Origin: Chloroflexota bacterium
GTDB taxonomy: Bacteria; Chloroflexota; Dehalococcoidia; UBA2979
DNA: 64,000 nt
Direction: 5' to 3'
Assembly (NCBI GenBank): GCA_027593235.1
Contig: JAQCIU010000008.1
Location: 32,001-96,000 of the forward strand
Below, piece by piece: positions 18,471-29,704 of this stretch; position 1 is the first letter of the stretch, and every line of letters begins with the position of its first letter. Position numbers and translations under genes: made by a program. The notes beneath the pieces are model-generated. The model was not told the DNA's origin. It did not search any database and was given only the letters and a program-made list of their open reading frames with translations.

Positions 18471-19004
18471 TTAGACCTCTTGGCGCAGGTACGCCGTGGC
18501 AAGCGCGTCGGCGTACTCGTTCCAGAGCGACCCGTCGTGCGCGCGGATCCAGCGGATCCGTGCACTCGGACGCTCCTGTGAGAGCTGGTAGGCACGCTGC
18601 ACGAGATCAAGGTTCTTCACCGGCCCGGTGGTCCGGCGCCAACCGCGCTTCTCCCAACCGGACGCCCACTTCGTGAGCGTGTCGACGACCAGCTTGCTGT
18701 CGGTATAGAGATCCGCGGAGTCATCGGGACCGAGCATCTCCAGACCGACGATCATTGCCTGGAACTCCATGCGGTTGTTGGTCGTCGCCGGATCGAATCC
18801 GTGCTGCTCCTCGACCACCGCGCCATCGTCGACGCGGACGGTGCCCCAGCCACCCGGCCCGGGGTTCCCGGAGCAGGAGCCGTCGGTGAAGATCCCGGTC
18901 TGCGGGCCATCGCGAAAGCGCTCCAGCACCTCATCGGTGGTGAGCGATTGCGCACGGGTGACGGATTGGCCGCGCCGCGCCGGCTGGCCTCGGAAGTTAC
19001 TCAC
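18471..19004 (-). CDS. rnhA: Ribonuclease HI
   Basis: FTDGSCSGNPGPGGWG, TTNNRME, TDS, VKNLDL, AHDG..WNEYADALA. Confidence 0.95.
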   Translation of the reverse strand: MSNFRGQPARRGQSVTRAQSLTTDEVLERFRDGPQTGIFTDGSCSGNPGPGGWGTVRVDDGAVVEEQHGFDPATTNNRMEFQAMIVGLEMLGPDDSADLYTDSKLVVDTLTKWASGWEKRGWRRTTGPVKNLDLVQRAYQLSQERPSARIRWIRAHDGSLWNEYADALATAYLRQEV

Positions 19005-19009
19005 GCTGG

Positions 19010-20569
19010 CTACTCAAGACTGACTCCGTTGTAGAGCATCACCGGATCGCCGCCGAAGACGTCACTTTCGAGGTTGGCGACCACGACGACGGGGCGGTCC
19101 GCGACCACCACGGCGCTGCCCACCCAGCCATCCGGCAAGGCACCGTTCTCCCATTGCACGAACGTGCGTTGTCCATCCACCCGCGCCGCGCCGGGCGGGA
19201 AGAGCCCATCCGGGAACTGCTTGGAGTAGTAGATCACCGTGACGTGGGCGACCGATCCGTCGAACGAGAGCACGCGGAACCAGGAGTTCCACCCTCGGGA
19301 GGCGCCCCACGGTCCGTAGTTCTTGTTCAGCACCGGCAGCACCACCTGGCGGGACGCTTCCTCGGCGGTGAATCCTCGGTAGTCGGCGAACGCGCCATTG
19401 GGCGAGATGCGCTGCGCAACCACGGCGATCGGATCGACCGCCTCCATGCGCACGGTGCCGAAGAACGTCGATGGCAGCGGTTGCCCCGGTGGGAGACAGC
19501 CGATCGCCCCGTCTGAACGCTGGTCGCAGGTCAACGACCCCGCGACCGTCACGGTGTGCTCGATCTCAATGCGTTCGCCCGCGGCGTTCTTGCCATCGAA
19601 GAGCAACGTCACTTCGTTCGGCACGCTGGGCGTGCCGCTGAGAATGCGGAAGCGGGTCGACCAGGTCGTCTGTCCCTGACTCGCGTTGCGATCGACCAGC
19701 GGCAACAGCACGACGTGACTCAGCTCGTCCGTCCCGATGCTGCGCGATGTCGCGAGCCCGGCGCTGGTGCGGCTCCGCGTGTCGACGGTGACCGCCAGCG
19801 TCTGCGATCCCGCCTCGATGCCACTGTCAGTGCGGAACGTCTCGACGACCGCCGATCCGTCGAATCCCAGCGGCACCGCCATCGATCGCTCGTCGCGCAC
19901 CAGCGTCGCCCGAGGCGCAACCAGCACCCCGCCGGACGCGCAACCGGCGCCCGGCGTCGCCGGATCCAGCGCGACCGAACTCGTCGATCCCGGCTTGTAG
20001 TAGCGGACCCCGACGCACGCCGCGTTCGTGTCGCTGCTGTTTTCGATCGTGATGCGCGAGACGTGACTCGCCGTGTTCTGGACAATCGGCAGGTACTGCG
20101 ACCCGCCGGATGACCCAAGCCGGAGCGCGTCGCCACCGATCTGGAAGCTGCCATTGGACAGGAACGCGTCCCGCGCCAGCATCGCAACGAACGGCTGATC
20201 GACCGTCACGAACGCGGAACCCTGGTATCCGGGCTTCAATTCATCCAACGACTGCTGGAAGAACGACCATCCGAACCCGGGGCGGAGAGCCGCGCACCCG
20301 TCCACCTCAGGACACCCGTCGGAGCCAACCAGATTGCCGCTGCGATCGTAAAAGTCGAGTTGGATCGTTGCCGCGCTCGTCCCGACATTCTGGATCCGAA
20401 TCCAGGAGTTCTCGACCGGCAGGGTGAGGGATTGCGCACCCAGTGACTGGGCACTCACGGCGCCGGCGAGTAGCGCAAACGCGAGCAGCCCCAGCAGGAC
20501 CCACTTGCGCGCGGGCAGGGATCGACCATGAAACGGTCGCAGGTGCACCTGTTGGCGCTCTCTCCACAC
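19010..20569 (-). CDS. Secreted beta-rich protein of unknown function
   Basis: Signal-like hydrophobic N-terminus; repeated units (IRIQNVG, YLPIV, LLPLV, VLPVL, GSAVV); start uncertain. Confidence 0.7.
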   Translation of the reverse strand: MWRERQQVHLRPFHGRSLPARKWVLLGLLAFALLAGAVSAQSLGAQSLTLPVENSWIRIQNVGTSAATIQLDFYDRSGNLVGSDGCPEVDGCAALRPGFGWSFFQQSLDELKPGYQGSAFVTVDQPFVAMLARDAFLSNGSFQIGGDALRLGSSGGSQYLPIVQNTASHVSRITIENSSDTNAACVGVRYYKPGSTSSVALDPATPGAGCASGGVLVAPRATLVRDERSMAVPLGFDGSAVVETFRTDSGIEAGSQTLAVTVDTRSRTSAGLATSRSIGTDELSHVVLLPLVDRNASQGQTTWSTRFRILSGTPSVPNEVTLLFDGKNAAGERIEIEHTVTVAGSLTCDQRSDGAIGCLPPGQPLPSTFFGTVRMEAVDPIAVVAQRISPNGAFADYRGFTAEEASRQVVLPVLNKNYGPWGASRGWNSWFRVLSFDGSVAHVTVIYYSKQFPDGLFPPGAARVDGQRTFVQWENGALPDGWVGSAVVVADRPVVVVANLESDVFGGDPVMLYNGVSLE

Positions 20570-20716
20570 CCCACCACAAGGCCGAGGAAGCAGTCGCCCC
20601 CCGATGATACGTCAGAGGGCCACCGCGAGCGCCAGTGCTGGGGCAGTCCGGTGTGCTGGTCGGCGGTGAATGCCGATGCTACGCTGCCTCGCTGAACGCC
20701 GCACGCGTTCTCTTCG

Positions 20717-20793
20717 CGGGGTGTAGCTCAGCTTGGCAGAGCGCTTCGTTCGGGACGAAGAGGCCCCCAGTTCAAATCTGGGCACCCCGACCA
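20717..20793 (+). tRNA. tRNA-Pro(CGG)
   Basis: CGGGGTGTAGCTCAGCTTGGCAGAGCG-CTTCG-TTCGGGA-CGAAG...TTCAAATCTGGGCACCCCGACCA. Confidence 0.96.
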
Positions 20794-21034
20794 TCATTCC
20801 CACGTCCGATTCGCGTACCACCGTTGCGGCTGGTTCCGGATTCGGACGATCGGTTGACCCTCGGCAACCCGCATCATGCATGGCATCTCAGGGTGCGTAT
20901 GTTTCGGGTTTCGTCCGATATATGGTCAAACGTGAATTGACGACGAGATTGATGGAAACCTTTCGCCCTCATCGTGCGTTCTGAGGGCGAGCGGGTGCGC
21001 CCCTGCAAACTCCCCTCAACATCAGGACGGCCAG

Positions 21035-21952
21035 ATGGTTCAACGAGCCGAGACCGCGAGCCCACGTCGGCGTAAGCAACTCACCGACGAATCGATCCGT
21101 ATGGCGGTCGCAGGCGACTGGAAAGGCGCTGCCGCCGCCAACTCCGCGATCCTCGACGATTTTCCCGACGATATCGAGGCGGCGAACCGCCTCGGCAAGG
21201 CACTGACGGAACTCGGTCAGCCCAAGAAGGCGATCGACGCGTACCAGCGAGCGCTCGCGATCGACTCCTTCAACAGCATCGCGCGCAAGAACCTCGAACG
21301 ACTCGAGGCGGCGGACGCGGCGGCCAAGGGTGTGCAAGCGGCGAAGCCGGCGAAGGCCAAGAGCGCGGCCGCCGAGCGCGGCACCGGCGTACTCGTCTCC
21401 TCCGCGACGGCCGCCGAGTTCCGCCTCCAGCAAGCGAACCCCGCCGAGATCGCGAAGCTCGATCCGGGCGACCCAGCCACATTGCAGGCCAACGCGCGCG
21501 GTGTCGCGGTCCTCTCCGCCGAGGGCGTGATCCTCGGATACATCGAGCCAAAGGCCGGGCTACGCCTACGCCGGATGATCGAGGGCGGCAACACCTACGA
21601 TGTGAAGATCCGGGCGGTCGACGCCGACGGGCACGCGATCGTCTTCATCCGCGAGGTGCGCCGCGATCCGTCACTGGTCGGCCAGGCCTCCTTCCTCGCA
21701 TCGGCGGAAACCCGTCGCAAGGCGCCGCGCGCCTACACCCGACGCTCCGCGCTGGTCGACGAGGATGAGCCAGACTTCGGCGACGATGACGACGAAGACG
21801 ACGACCCGCGGGCGGAACTGCGCGAGGTCGCGGATGTCGAGGACATCGACGACGACGTCGACATCACCGACGAGATCGACGCGGACGATGACGACGGCGA
21901 CGATCCCGCCGACACGGACGACGACTTCGAGGGCGACGCCCAGGACAGCTAG
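21035..21952 (+). CDS. TPR protein with acidic tail
   Basis: NRLGKALTELG...AIDAYQRALAIDSFNSIARKNL; long Asp/Glu-rich C-terminus. Confidence 0.8.
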   Translation: MVQRAETASPRRRKQLTDESIRMAVAGDWKGAAAANSAILDDFPDDIEAANRLGKALTELGQPKKAIDAYQRALAIDSFNSIARKNLERLEAADAAAKGVQAAKPAKAKSAAAERGTGVLVSSATAAEFRLQQANPAEIAKLDPGDPATLQANARGVAVLSAEGVILGYIEPKAGLRLRRMIEGGNTYDVKIRAVDADGHAIVFIREVRRDPSLVGQASFLASAETRRKAPRAYTRRSALVDEDEPDFGDDDDEDDDPRAELREVADVEDIDDDVDITDEIDADDDDGDDPADTDDDFEGDAQDS

Positions 21953-21985
21953 GGAGAGCGAGGCGCTGAACAGCCTCAGCCCCGG

Positions 21986-22597
21986 CTAGAGCAGTCCGTG
22001 CGCGGACAGCTCCGTACGCAATACATCCGCGCCCTGGAACAGATTCGCCTGGAGCCCGGCAAGTCGGGCGTTCTCCAGGTACTCCGGCGTGTCGTCGATG
22101 AACAGCGTCGTGCTCGGCTCGCCGCTGACCTCTGCAAGTACAAGCCCGAACACGGTCGGTCCGGTCTTGCCGGTGCCAAACTGGCAGGAGAAGAACGCGC
22201 GCTCCCCGAAGAGCGCCGCCACGTCTGGCGCCATCCTTGCGAGGTGATCGCGAAGCACCGGCCCGTTGTTCGTGAGCATCGCGATCGTCGCGCGCTCGCC
22301 GACCGCCCGCGCCAGTTCGATCACTTCGAGGTTCTGCGACATTCCGGCCTGCCGCGCGGCGACCCAGAGTTCCGTCGAAACCGGGGCATCGAGCAACCTC
22401 GAAAACTCCGCCAGGTAGCCGGCGCTGTCGTACGCGCCATCATCGGCGCGGGCATCGAAGCCGGAGCTGAAGGCCCGCCGCTCGATCTCCGCCGCGTCCA
22501 CGCCGGTCTCGGCGGCGAGCACCGCGAGGCGCCGCTCGAAGTCGTAGTGCGACAGCACCCCATCGAGGTCGAACAGCACCGTCTCGATCACCGTCAT
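21986..22597 (-). CDS. HAD superfamily hydrolase
   Basis: VLFDLDGVL, LTNN, LFIDD..ENARLAGL. Confidence 0.88.
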   Translation of the reverse strand: MTVIETVLFDLDGVLSHYDFERRLAVLAAETGVDAAEIERRAFSSGFDARADDGAYDSAGYLAEFSRLLDAPVSTELWVAARQAGMSQNLEVIELARAVGERATIAMLTNNGPVLRDHLARMAPDVAALFGERAFFSCQFGTGKTGPTVFGLVLAEVSGEPSTTLFIDDTPEYLENARLAGLQANLFQGADVLRTELSAHGLL

Positions 22598-22666
22598 GCG
22601 CCCTCCGCGGGCCAGCGTACGACCACGCGCGACGCCCTGGCGCTGCGACGGAGCTACCATGCGGCC

Positions 22667-23446
22667 GTGAGCAACGCCGACCGACCGCGCATCCTGATTA
22701 CCCGCGCCGAGGACGTCCTCGGCGAGCGCTGGGACGATTACGCCGCGTGCATCGCACGCGCTGGCGGCGATCCGATCGCCGCCGATCTCCCCGCCGCCAC
22801 TGCCGAGGGCGGTCGTGGCATCGAGGCGTTCGGAGCGTTCGACGGCCTCGTCGTCACCGCCGGCGTGGATATCGATCCGACGCGCTACGGCCAGCCGCGT
22901 TCGGACCGCGTCCGCGAGATCGAACCGCGACGCGACGCGTTCGAGGAAGCATTGCTCGAGGCCGCGCGCGCCGCCGATCTCCCGATCCTCGCAATCTGTC
23001 GGGGCATCCAGGTGCTTAACACCTCGCGCGGCGGGACGCTCTTGCAGCACCTCGAAGAACGCGATCCGCATCGCGCGCGGCGCGGCCCGGACGGCGAGTC
23101 GATCGATTCCGGCTGGCACGACGTTGCAGTCCAGGCCGGTTCGCTGCTCGCGCGCGTCACCGGCGCCGACAGCCTCCACGTGAACTCCCGACACCACCAG
23201 GCGGTGCTCACCTCCACGGTCGCGCCCGACCTCGTCGCGACGGGGACCGCCGAGCAGGAGGTGGTCGAAGCGCTCGAGGACCCGGCGCTCACCTGGGCGC
23301 TCGGTATCCAGTGGCACCCGGAACGACCGGAGATGGCGGACAATCCAGCGATGCACAACGCCTCGATCGCGATCTTCGAAGCCTTCGTCGCGGCCTGCCA
23401 CGCGCGTCGCCAGCATGCAGCGGTCGACGCGAGCTCCGCTCGATGA
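22667..23446 (+). CDS. Gamma-glutamyl-gamma-aminobutyrate hydrolase family (peptidase C26)
   Basis: DIDPTRYG, LAICRGIQVLN, VNSRHHQAV, GIQWHPE. Confidence 0.9.
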   Translation: MSNADRPRILITRAEDVLGERWDDYAACIARAGGDPIAADLPAATAEGGRGIEAFGAFDGLVVTAGVDIDPTRYGQPRSDRVREIEPRRDAFEEALLEAARAADLPILAICRGIQVLNTSRGGTLLQHLEERDPHRARRGPDGESIDSGWHDVAVQAGSLLARVTGADSLHVNSRHHQAVLTSTVAPDLVATGTAEQEVVEALEDPALTWALGIQWHPERPEMADNPAMHNASIAIFEAFVAACHARRQHAAVDASSAR

Positions 23447-23934
23447 CAGCCCCGTTCCTCTACTTCGGTTACGGCTCGAACCTCGACGAGGCGCGACTGC
23501 ACCTCCACTGCCCATCCGCGCGGCTGGTCACCACCGCCCGACTCGGCGGCTACCGCCTGGCGTTCAGCATCGAGAGCAAGAACACCTGGCACGGTGGCGT
23601 CGGCGACATCCGTCAGCAGCCGGGGAGCGAGGTATGGGGCGCGCTCTGGGTGATTGACGACGAACACGCCGAGCCACTCGATCGCCAGGAAGGTGTGTTC
23701 CGCGATCCGCCCGCCTATCGCCGGATCACGATCGACCTCGAAACCGCCGCCGGCGACCGCGTCACCTGCCGCACCTACCAGGTCGTCGCACCGGAGCCGG
23801 AGGGGTTCCTCCCCTCACCCGCCTACCGCGACACGATCCTCCGCGGCGCCCGCGCTATCGGCCTGCCGGCGGAGTACCTCCGCACCCTCGAGGCGATCCG
23901 CGACAACGGGCACGTCGGCGGCGGACCGCACTAA
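23443..23934 (+). CDS. Gamma-glutamylcyclotransferase family protein
   Basis: YFGYGSNL, VWGALW, LDRQEG, PSPAY; ATGA overlap with the C26 gene. Confidence 0.88.
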   Translation: MTAPFLYFGYGSNLDEARLHLHCPSARLVTTARLGGYRLAFSIESKNTWHGGVGDIRQQPGSEVWGALWVIDDEHAEPLDRQEGVFRDPPAYRRITIDLETAAGDRVTCRTYQVVAPEPEGFLPSPAYRDTILRGARAIGLPAEYLRTLEAIRDNGHVGGGPH

Positions 23935-24032
23935 CACCGTCCGCTGTTCGGCACGGTCGGGCCTGGCGACCTCGAAGTGATCACCCGGGTTCGCACCTCG
24001 TGCTCTCCTGCGTCGTACCTCACCATGGATCG

Positions 24033-24896
24033 ATGGAAGTGCGCTGGATCGTCGACAATGCCCTGAACTTCGCGCCGCACGTCGCGGTGCTGGCGCTCGC
24101 CGTGGTCGCGTACTCGGTCTTCGGCCGCCACTGGTCGCTCGCGATTGTGTCGATGGTCGTCGTGGTCTTCGCCGGCGCCTACATTGCGCGCTCCGACGCA
24201 CTCCTCGCACGCGCGCACGACTGTCCCGCCACCCCACGCCTGCGCATCGCCACCTTCAACGTGCAGGCCGGCGCCGCCGATTTCGACGCGTTCGCGCAGC
24301 TCGTCGAAGAACAAGACGTGCAAATCGTGGTGCTCGAGGAGATGACCTTCAACGCCTCCTTCTACGCGAGCGCGCTCTACGAGCGGTACCCCTACCGCGT
24401 CGCGTCTTCGCCCCGCTGGATCGAGGTCCTTTCGACCGTGCCGCTGGACTCCGTTGGGTCGTTCAACGTCTTCGGGCAGTCTGAAGCGCGGCGCATCTGG
24501 CGCGCCACGCTCACCGAGCCGTTCCAGACTGACCTCTACTTTTTCCACGCGATGACCTCGCGCTCCGCCTTTCTGCACAACATCCGCTCCGATCAGTACG
24601 CGGTGCTCGAAGAGGTGCTCGACCAGTCACCCGGTCCGGCGATCGTCGTCGGCGACATGAATGCGACGGTGCTCGATCCCAGCTTCGGCGCGCTGCTCCG
24701 CAGTACCGGCCTGCGCACCGGCGTCGACGGCCGCCGCGACGCGGCGTCGTGGCCAAGCGGGCTCGGTTGGCTCGGCCTGCGCATCGATCACGTCCTCCAG
24801 CGCGGCTTCGAGGTCTGCGACGCCAGCCGAGGATCATCGTTCGGATCGGATCACCGGCCCGTGATCGTTGAGCTTGCAGAGACCCCACCGGCCTGA
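24033..24896 (+). CDS. Endonuclease/exonuclease/phosphatase family membrane protein
   Basis: TM N-terminus, IATFNV, VVGDMNA, RIDHVL, GSDHRP. Confidence 0.88.
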   Translation: MEVRWIVDNALNFAPHVAVLALAVVAYSVFGRHWSLAIVSMVVVVFAGAYIARSDALLARAHDCPATPRLRIATFNVQAGAADFDAFAQLVEEQDVQIVVLEEMTFNASFYASALYERYPYRVASSPRWIEVLSTVPLDSVGSFNVFGQSEARRIWRATLTEPFQTDLYFFHAMTSRSAFLHNIRSDQYAVLEEVLDQSPGPAIVVGDMNATVLDPSFGALLRSTGLRTGVDGRRDAASWPSGLGWLGLRIDHVLQRGFEVCDASRGSSFGSDHRPVIVELAETPPA

Positions 24897-24965
24897 GCTC
24901 CCTCCCTCACGGGAACCAAACAATCGCCAGCGGTGTACCCCTCTCAGGAAGCCTGGGAGGACACG

Positions 24966-25919
24966 ATGACACCATCACAACAACACTGGATCCCCGCGTT
25001 CGGACTGCTCGCCGCCGCTGCGCTCGGCACCGTCGCGCTCACCCTTGATCGCGGTGATCCCGCGAACCTCGCGGCCGACGCCTCCGCGCAACCGCCGGCG
25101 AGTGCCCCAATCGCGGCTGTCCATCCGATCGAGGTGCTCACCCGTCCCGCCGCGATCCGCGAAGCGGCCGCGATCGAGGCGGCGGCTCCGCGTCCCGTCG
25201 GTGTGCTCACCTACCTGGACGGGGAGGGAAGCTACGTCGCGGTGAACGCCAGCGACCTCGCGAGTCACCTCGAAGTCACCGAGCCCGCCTCGGCGATCGC
25301 TGGACCGACCAGCACCGGGGACCGCTATCCCTCGCCAGACGGCCGCTACGAAGCGATCGTCCGGCGGGTCGAACTCGGCACCTGGATCGATGTCTTCGAC
25401 CGTGGCACCCCTGTCTTCTCTGATGGCATCGCCGGACCGGACGATCAGACCCTGGTCGCCGGGACGAAGGCGCTGGCCGCGGCCGTAGATGGGATCCCAC
25501 TGACGATCGCCTGGTCCCCGGACTCCCGCTACCTCGCGTACGGCAGCATCACCGGCGCCCCGTACGCACTGGCCCTCGTGCGTACCGATAACTGGTCGAG
25601 CAGCTACAACCGCGTGGCGGGCGGCTACGTCGGTGAACTGGCGTGGGCTCCCGACTCCAGCCGGCTCGCGATCTCCACGTACGAACCAGACCGCAGCAAC
25701 CACACCGTGCTGATCTACAACCCGCAGCAGCCCGTTCCGCGGCGCCTCATCGATGGCTGTCGCATCGTCTGGGCGCCTGATGCGCGGTTCATCGCGGTTC
25801 ATCGCGAACCCGGCGACGAGACTGGCGTCTGGATCTCCTCCCCGGACGGGAAGACGCGGATCGAAGCGACGGCGGACCCGAACGCCTTCCCCATCTCGTG
25901 GACGGTCACAGCTTCGTAA
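24966..25919 (+). CDS. Secreted TolB/WD40-like beta-propeller protein
   Basis: Repeats PSPDGRY, AWSPDSRYLA, AWAPDSSRLA, VWAPDARFIA. Confidence 0.75.
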   Translation: MTPSQQHWIPAFGLLAAAALGTVALTLDRGDPANLAADASAQPPASAPIAAVHPIEVLTRPAAIREAAAIEAAAPRPVGVLTYLDGEGSYVAVNASDLASHLEVTEPASAIAGPTSTGDRYPSPDGRYEAIVRRVELGTWIDVFDRGTPVFSDGIAGPDDQTLVAGTKALAAAVDGIPLTIAWSPDSRYLAYGSITGAPYALALVRTDNWSSSYNRVAGGYVGELAWAPDSSRLAISTYEPDRSNHTVLIYNPQQPVPRRLIDGCRIVWAPDARFIAVHREPGDETGVWISSPDGKTRIEATADPNAFPISWTVTAS

Positions 25920-26069
25920 CCAGGCTCCGTACCCGGTCGATCACCCAGCGCCGATCGGCCAGTTAGGCCCGCAATAGCGGGCTTAACTGGTAAACTTTGG
26001 GTACTCCCCTTGAAGTGATCCGAGTCTGGGTGCGGCCGCCGATCGCAGCCGCCAACCGACGGAGTGCGC

Positions 26070-28604
26070 ATGGTTCAGGACCCGCCCGACACAACGGACA
26101 CGACCGAGGTCAGCGAAGTCGTCCGCATCGAAGACGAGATGCGTGTCTCGTACCTCGATTACGCGATGTCCGTCATCGTTTCGCGCGCCCTCCCGGACGT
26201 CCGCGACGGCCTCAAGCCGGTGCAACGTCGAATCCTCTTCGGGATGCTCGAATTGGGCCTCGGACCCAACTCCGCCTTCAAGAAGACCGCCCGTGTCACC
26301 GGCGAGGTGATGGGCAAGTTCCACCCGCACGGCGACTCCGCCATCTACGACGCCCTGGTCCGCCTGGCCCAGGACTTCACCATGCGTTACCCGCTGATCA
26401 CCGGTCAGGGGAACTTCGGCTCCGTCGACGGCGACCCGCCCGCGCAGATGCGCTACACCGAGGCGAAACTCGCCCCGATCGCCACCGAGCTGCTCGTCGA
26501 CATCGATCGCAACACGGTCGACTTCCAACCCAACTTCGACGACTCGCTCAGTGAGCCGATCGTCCTCCCAGCGCGCCTGCCCAACCTGCTCCTCAACGGC
26601 GGCAGCGGCATCGCCGTGGGCATGGCGACCAACATCCCGCCCCACAACCTCAACGAGATCTGCAGCGCCATCCAGCTGATCATCCAGAAGCCGGAAGTGA
26701 CGCTCGACGAACTCATGGAGATCGTGAAGGGGCCGGACTTCCCGACCGCCGGCGCGATCTTCAACCAGGCCGAGATCCGGCAGGCATACGCCACCGGACG
26801 CGGGCGCGTCACCATGCGCGCCGTGATGGCGATGGAGGAGTCGGCACAGGGCCGCACCCAGGTCATCGTCACCGAACTGCCCTACCAGGTGAACAAGGCG
26901 AACCTGCTGGAACGCATCGCCGACCTCGTGCGCGCGAAGCGCATCGAAGGCATCTCCGATCTGCGCGATGAGTCCGACCGCCACGGCATGCGGATGGTGA
27001 TCGAGCTGTCGCGCGGCGCGTCCTTCAACACCGTCCGCAACCTCCTCTACAAGCACACCGCCCTCCAGTCGACGTTCTCCGTGAACATGCTCGCGCTCGA
27101 CAACGGCCAGCCGAAGACGCTGACGCTGAAAGAAGCGCTGAAGGCATTCATCGATCACCGACGTGAGGTGATCCGTCGCCGCGCCGAGTTCGACCTCGAA
27201 AAGGCGCGCGAACGCGCTCACATCCTCGAAGGCCTGCTCAAGGCGCTCGACCTCCTCGATGAGGTGATCGCCGCGATCCGCGGGGCCGCATCCGCCGACG
27301 CCGCGAAGACCGCGCTACAGGCGACACCGTTCGAACTGAGCGAACGACAGGCGCAGGCCGTCCTCGACATGCAGCTTCGCCGGCTCGCACAGCTCGAAAG
27401 CCAGAAGATCCAGGAAGAGTTCGACGAGCTGATGACCCTGATCGGCGAGCTCGAGGCTCTGCTCGCGAACCCAGGGATGATCGACGACGTGATCCTCGCG
27501 GACTGCACCGAGCTCAAGGAAAAGTACGGCGACGCCCGCCGCACTCAGGTCTTCGCTGCCGCCGTCGAGGACTTCTCTGAGGAAGACCTCGTTCCGCATC
27601 AGCAGATCGCCGTCACCATCTCCGACCGCGGCTACATGAAGCGCGTCCCGCTGGAGACCTACCGTGTGCAGCGTCGCGGCGGGCGTGGCGTGACCGGCAT
27701 GACCACCCGCGAGGAAGACGTTGTTGCGCACCTGATCGTGTGTGACACACACGATTCGCTACTGATGTTCACCCGCAACGGCAAGGTGTTCTCGCTCAAG
27801 GGCTTCGAGGTCCCGGAGGGCTCGCGCCAGGCGCGCGGCCTCCCCGTCGTGAACCTGATCGAGATGGACGCCGAGGATGCCGTCACTGCGGTGGTGGTCG
27901 TCCAGGACTTCAAGCGTGACTCACTCGTCCTCGCGACCGAGCAGGGCGAGGTGAAGCGCACCCCGCTCGTTCAGTTCGCCGCGGTGCGCCGTGCCGGCCT
28001 GATCGCGATGAACCTCAAACCGGACGACTCGCTGCTCACCGCGCGCGCGGCCAGCGAAGCCGATGACGTCATCCTGGTGTCCTCCGACGGGCAGGCGATG
28101 CGCTTCAACGTCGGCACACTGCGGGTCGCCTCACGCGCATCGGGTGGTGTCCGTGGCATGCGGCTACGCACCGGCGCGATGCTGATCGCCCTCGTCGTCG
28201 ATGTGGACGGCGACGATCTGCTCGTGGTCACCGAGCGAGGCATGGGCAAGCGCACGCCGATCGAGGAGTACCCAAGCAAGGGCCGTGGCGGTCAGGGTGT
28301 GCTCACGTTCCGTGTCAGCGACCGCACCGGACCGATCGCGGTCGCCGCGGTGGTTGCCGCGGACGAGGAGCTGATGCTGGTCTCCAGCGACGGCATCGTC
28401 ATGCGCACGCGTGCCGACACCATCAGCCAGCAGGGCCGCTCCACGCGCGGCGTTCAGGTGATGAACATCGCCGGCGACGATAGCGTCGCCTCACTCGCCC
28501 GCATCGACCTCGGTGCTGGAACCAGCGGCAGCGGCAGCGGAGGCGGTTCGACCGCAGGCGACATCGATGATGACGATGATGCAGCGGAGGACGAGCGCGA
28601 GTAA
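26070..28604 (+). CDS. gyrA: DNA gyrase subunit A
   Basis: [42 protein letters not shown], GyrA box QRRGGRG. Confidence 0.98.
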   Translation: MVQDPPDTTDTTEVSEVVRIEDEMRVSYLDYAMSVIVSRALPDVRDGLKPVQRRILFGMLELGLGPNSAFKKTARVTGEVMGKFHPHGDSAIYDALVRLAQDFTMRYPLITGQGNFGSVDGDPPAQMRYTEAKLAPIATELLVDIDRNTVDFQPNFDDSLSEPIVLPARLPNLLLNGGSGIAVGMATNIPPHNLNEICSAIQLIIQKPEVTLDELMEIVKGPDFPTAGAIFNQAEIRQAYATGRGRVTMRAVMAMEESAQGRTQVIVTELPYQVNKANLLERIADLVRAKRIEGISDLRDESDRHGMRMVIELSRGASFNTVRNLLYKHTALQSTFSVNMLALDNGQPKTLTLKEALKAFIDHRREVIRRRAEFDLEKARERAHILEGLLKALDLLDEVIAAIRGAASADAAKTALQATPFELSERQAQAVLDMQLRRLAQLESQKIQEEFDELMTLIGELEALLANPGMIDDVILADCTELKEKYGDARRTQVFAAAVEDFSEEDLVPHQQIAVTISDRGYMKRVPLETYRVQRRGGRGVTGMTTREEDVVAHLIVCDTHDSLLMFTRNGKVFSLKGFEVPEGSRQARGLPVVNLIEMDAEDAVTAVVVVQDFKRDSLVLATEQGEVKRTPLVQFAAVRRAGLIAMNLKPDDSLLTARAASEADDVILVSSDGQAMRFNVGTLRVASRASGGVRGMRLRTGAMLIALVVDVDGDDLLVVTERGMGKRTPIEEYPSKGRGGQGVLTFRVSDRTGPIAVAAVVAADEELMLVSSDGIVMRTRADTISQQGRSTRGVQVMNIAGDDSVASLARIDLGAGTSGSGSGGGSTAGDIDDDDDAAEDERE

Positions 28605-28651
28605 TCGCCCTCGCCTCCAGCGGCCCCTTCCGAGATCCCTAGAATCGATCG

Positions 28652-29704
28652 ATGACCGAAGCTCCACACGACCGCGCGTCCAGCACGCCGCCCGAACAGG
28701 CCGCCGAAACGCCCGGTGAGTTCGCGCTGATCGCGAGGATCCTCGATCGCCTCGGCGACGCCGCCGCGACCGACATCCTCGTCCCGCCCGGCGACGACGC
28801 CGCCGTCTGGCTTGCCGCCAACGGAGCGGTCGTCGCGACGATCGACGCCCTGACCGAGGGCAACCACTGGCGTGCCGACACCATGTCGTTCGAGGACGTC
28901 GGGTGGCGCACCGTCGCCGCTAACGTCTCGGACCTCGCGGCGATGGGCGCGCAGCCCGGCTACCTCCTCGTCGCCGCGTGCCTCGGCCCGACGATCACGC
29001 CCGCCGACCTCGATGCCTTCATCGACGGCATGGCCGCCGCGTGCCGCGCGCACGGTGTGCGTGTCGCCGGCGGCGACATCGTCCGAGGCCAGGCGACCAT
29101 GTTCACGGTCGCCGCCTACGGGAGCGTCGCCCTCGAGGATGGCAAAGCTCGCACGCTGCGCCGGGGCGCCGCTCGCCTCGGCGACCTCGTCGCGGTCTCG
29201 GGCCATCCCGGCGCCTCCGCCGCCGGCCTCGCCGTGATCGAACGTGGCGACGCGAATCGACCCGAGGCGCAACCACTCGTCGAGGCACATCGACGGCCGC
29301 ACGCCCGCACCGCGATCGGGCTCGACGCACTGGCGGCTCGGATCTCCTGCGCCATCGACGTCTCGGACGGACTCCTCCAGGACCTCGATCACATCGCCGA
29401 GCAATCGGCACTCGGCATCGAGATCGACTGCGCGGCGATCCCGCTGCACCCCGCGGCGGTGGCGTTGCTCGGGGAACACGAGGCGCTCGATCTCGCGCTC
29501 GGCGGCGGCGAGGACTTCGAGCTGATCGTGGTCGGCCCGGACTCGGCGCTCGACGCCCTCGGCGATCGCGTGACGGTGATCGGGCGCGTCGTGCCCGCGC
29601 ACCCGGGTGAGACCGTCGCCCTCGATAAACACGGGACACCGCTGGTGCCCCGCCGGCGCGGCTGGGACCAGCTCGCCGTCCACGACGGCGGGAGCACATC
29701 GTGA
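28652..29704 (+). CDS. thiL: Thiamine-monophosphate kinase
   Basis: GEFALI, GDDAA, NVSDLAAMGA, GGD, IDVSDGL, GGEDFEL. Confidence 0.95.
   Translation: MTEAPHDRASSTPPEQAAETPGEFALIARILDRLGDAAATDILVPPGDDAAVWLAANGAVVATIDALTEGNHWRADTMSFEDVGWRTVAANVSDLAAMGAQPGYLLVAACLGPTITPADLDAFIDGMAAACRAHGVRVAGGDIVRGQATMFTVAAYGSVALEDGKARTLRRGAARLGDLVAVSGHPGASAAGLAVIERGDANRPEAQPLVEAHRRPHARTAIGLDALAARISCAIDVSDGLLQDLDHIAEQSALGIEIDCAAIPLHPAAVALLGEHEALDLALGGGEDFELIVVGPDSALDALGDRVTVIGRVVPAHPGETVALDKHGTPLVPRRRGWDQLAVHDGGSTS

Noticed and set aside
20575-20600. AGGAAGCAG resembling the SRP RNA motif
   Set aside because: The flanking CAGG-GRAA helix and long stem are absent.
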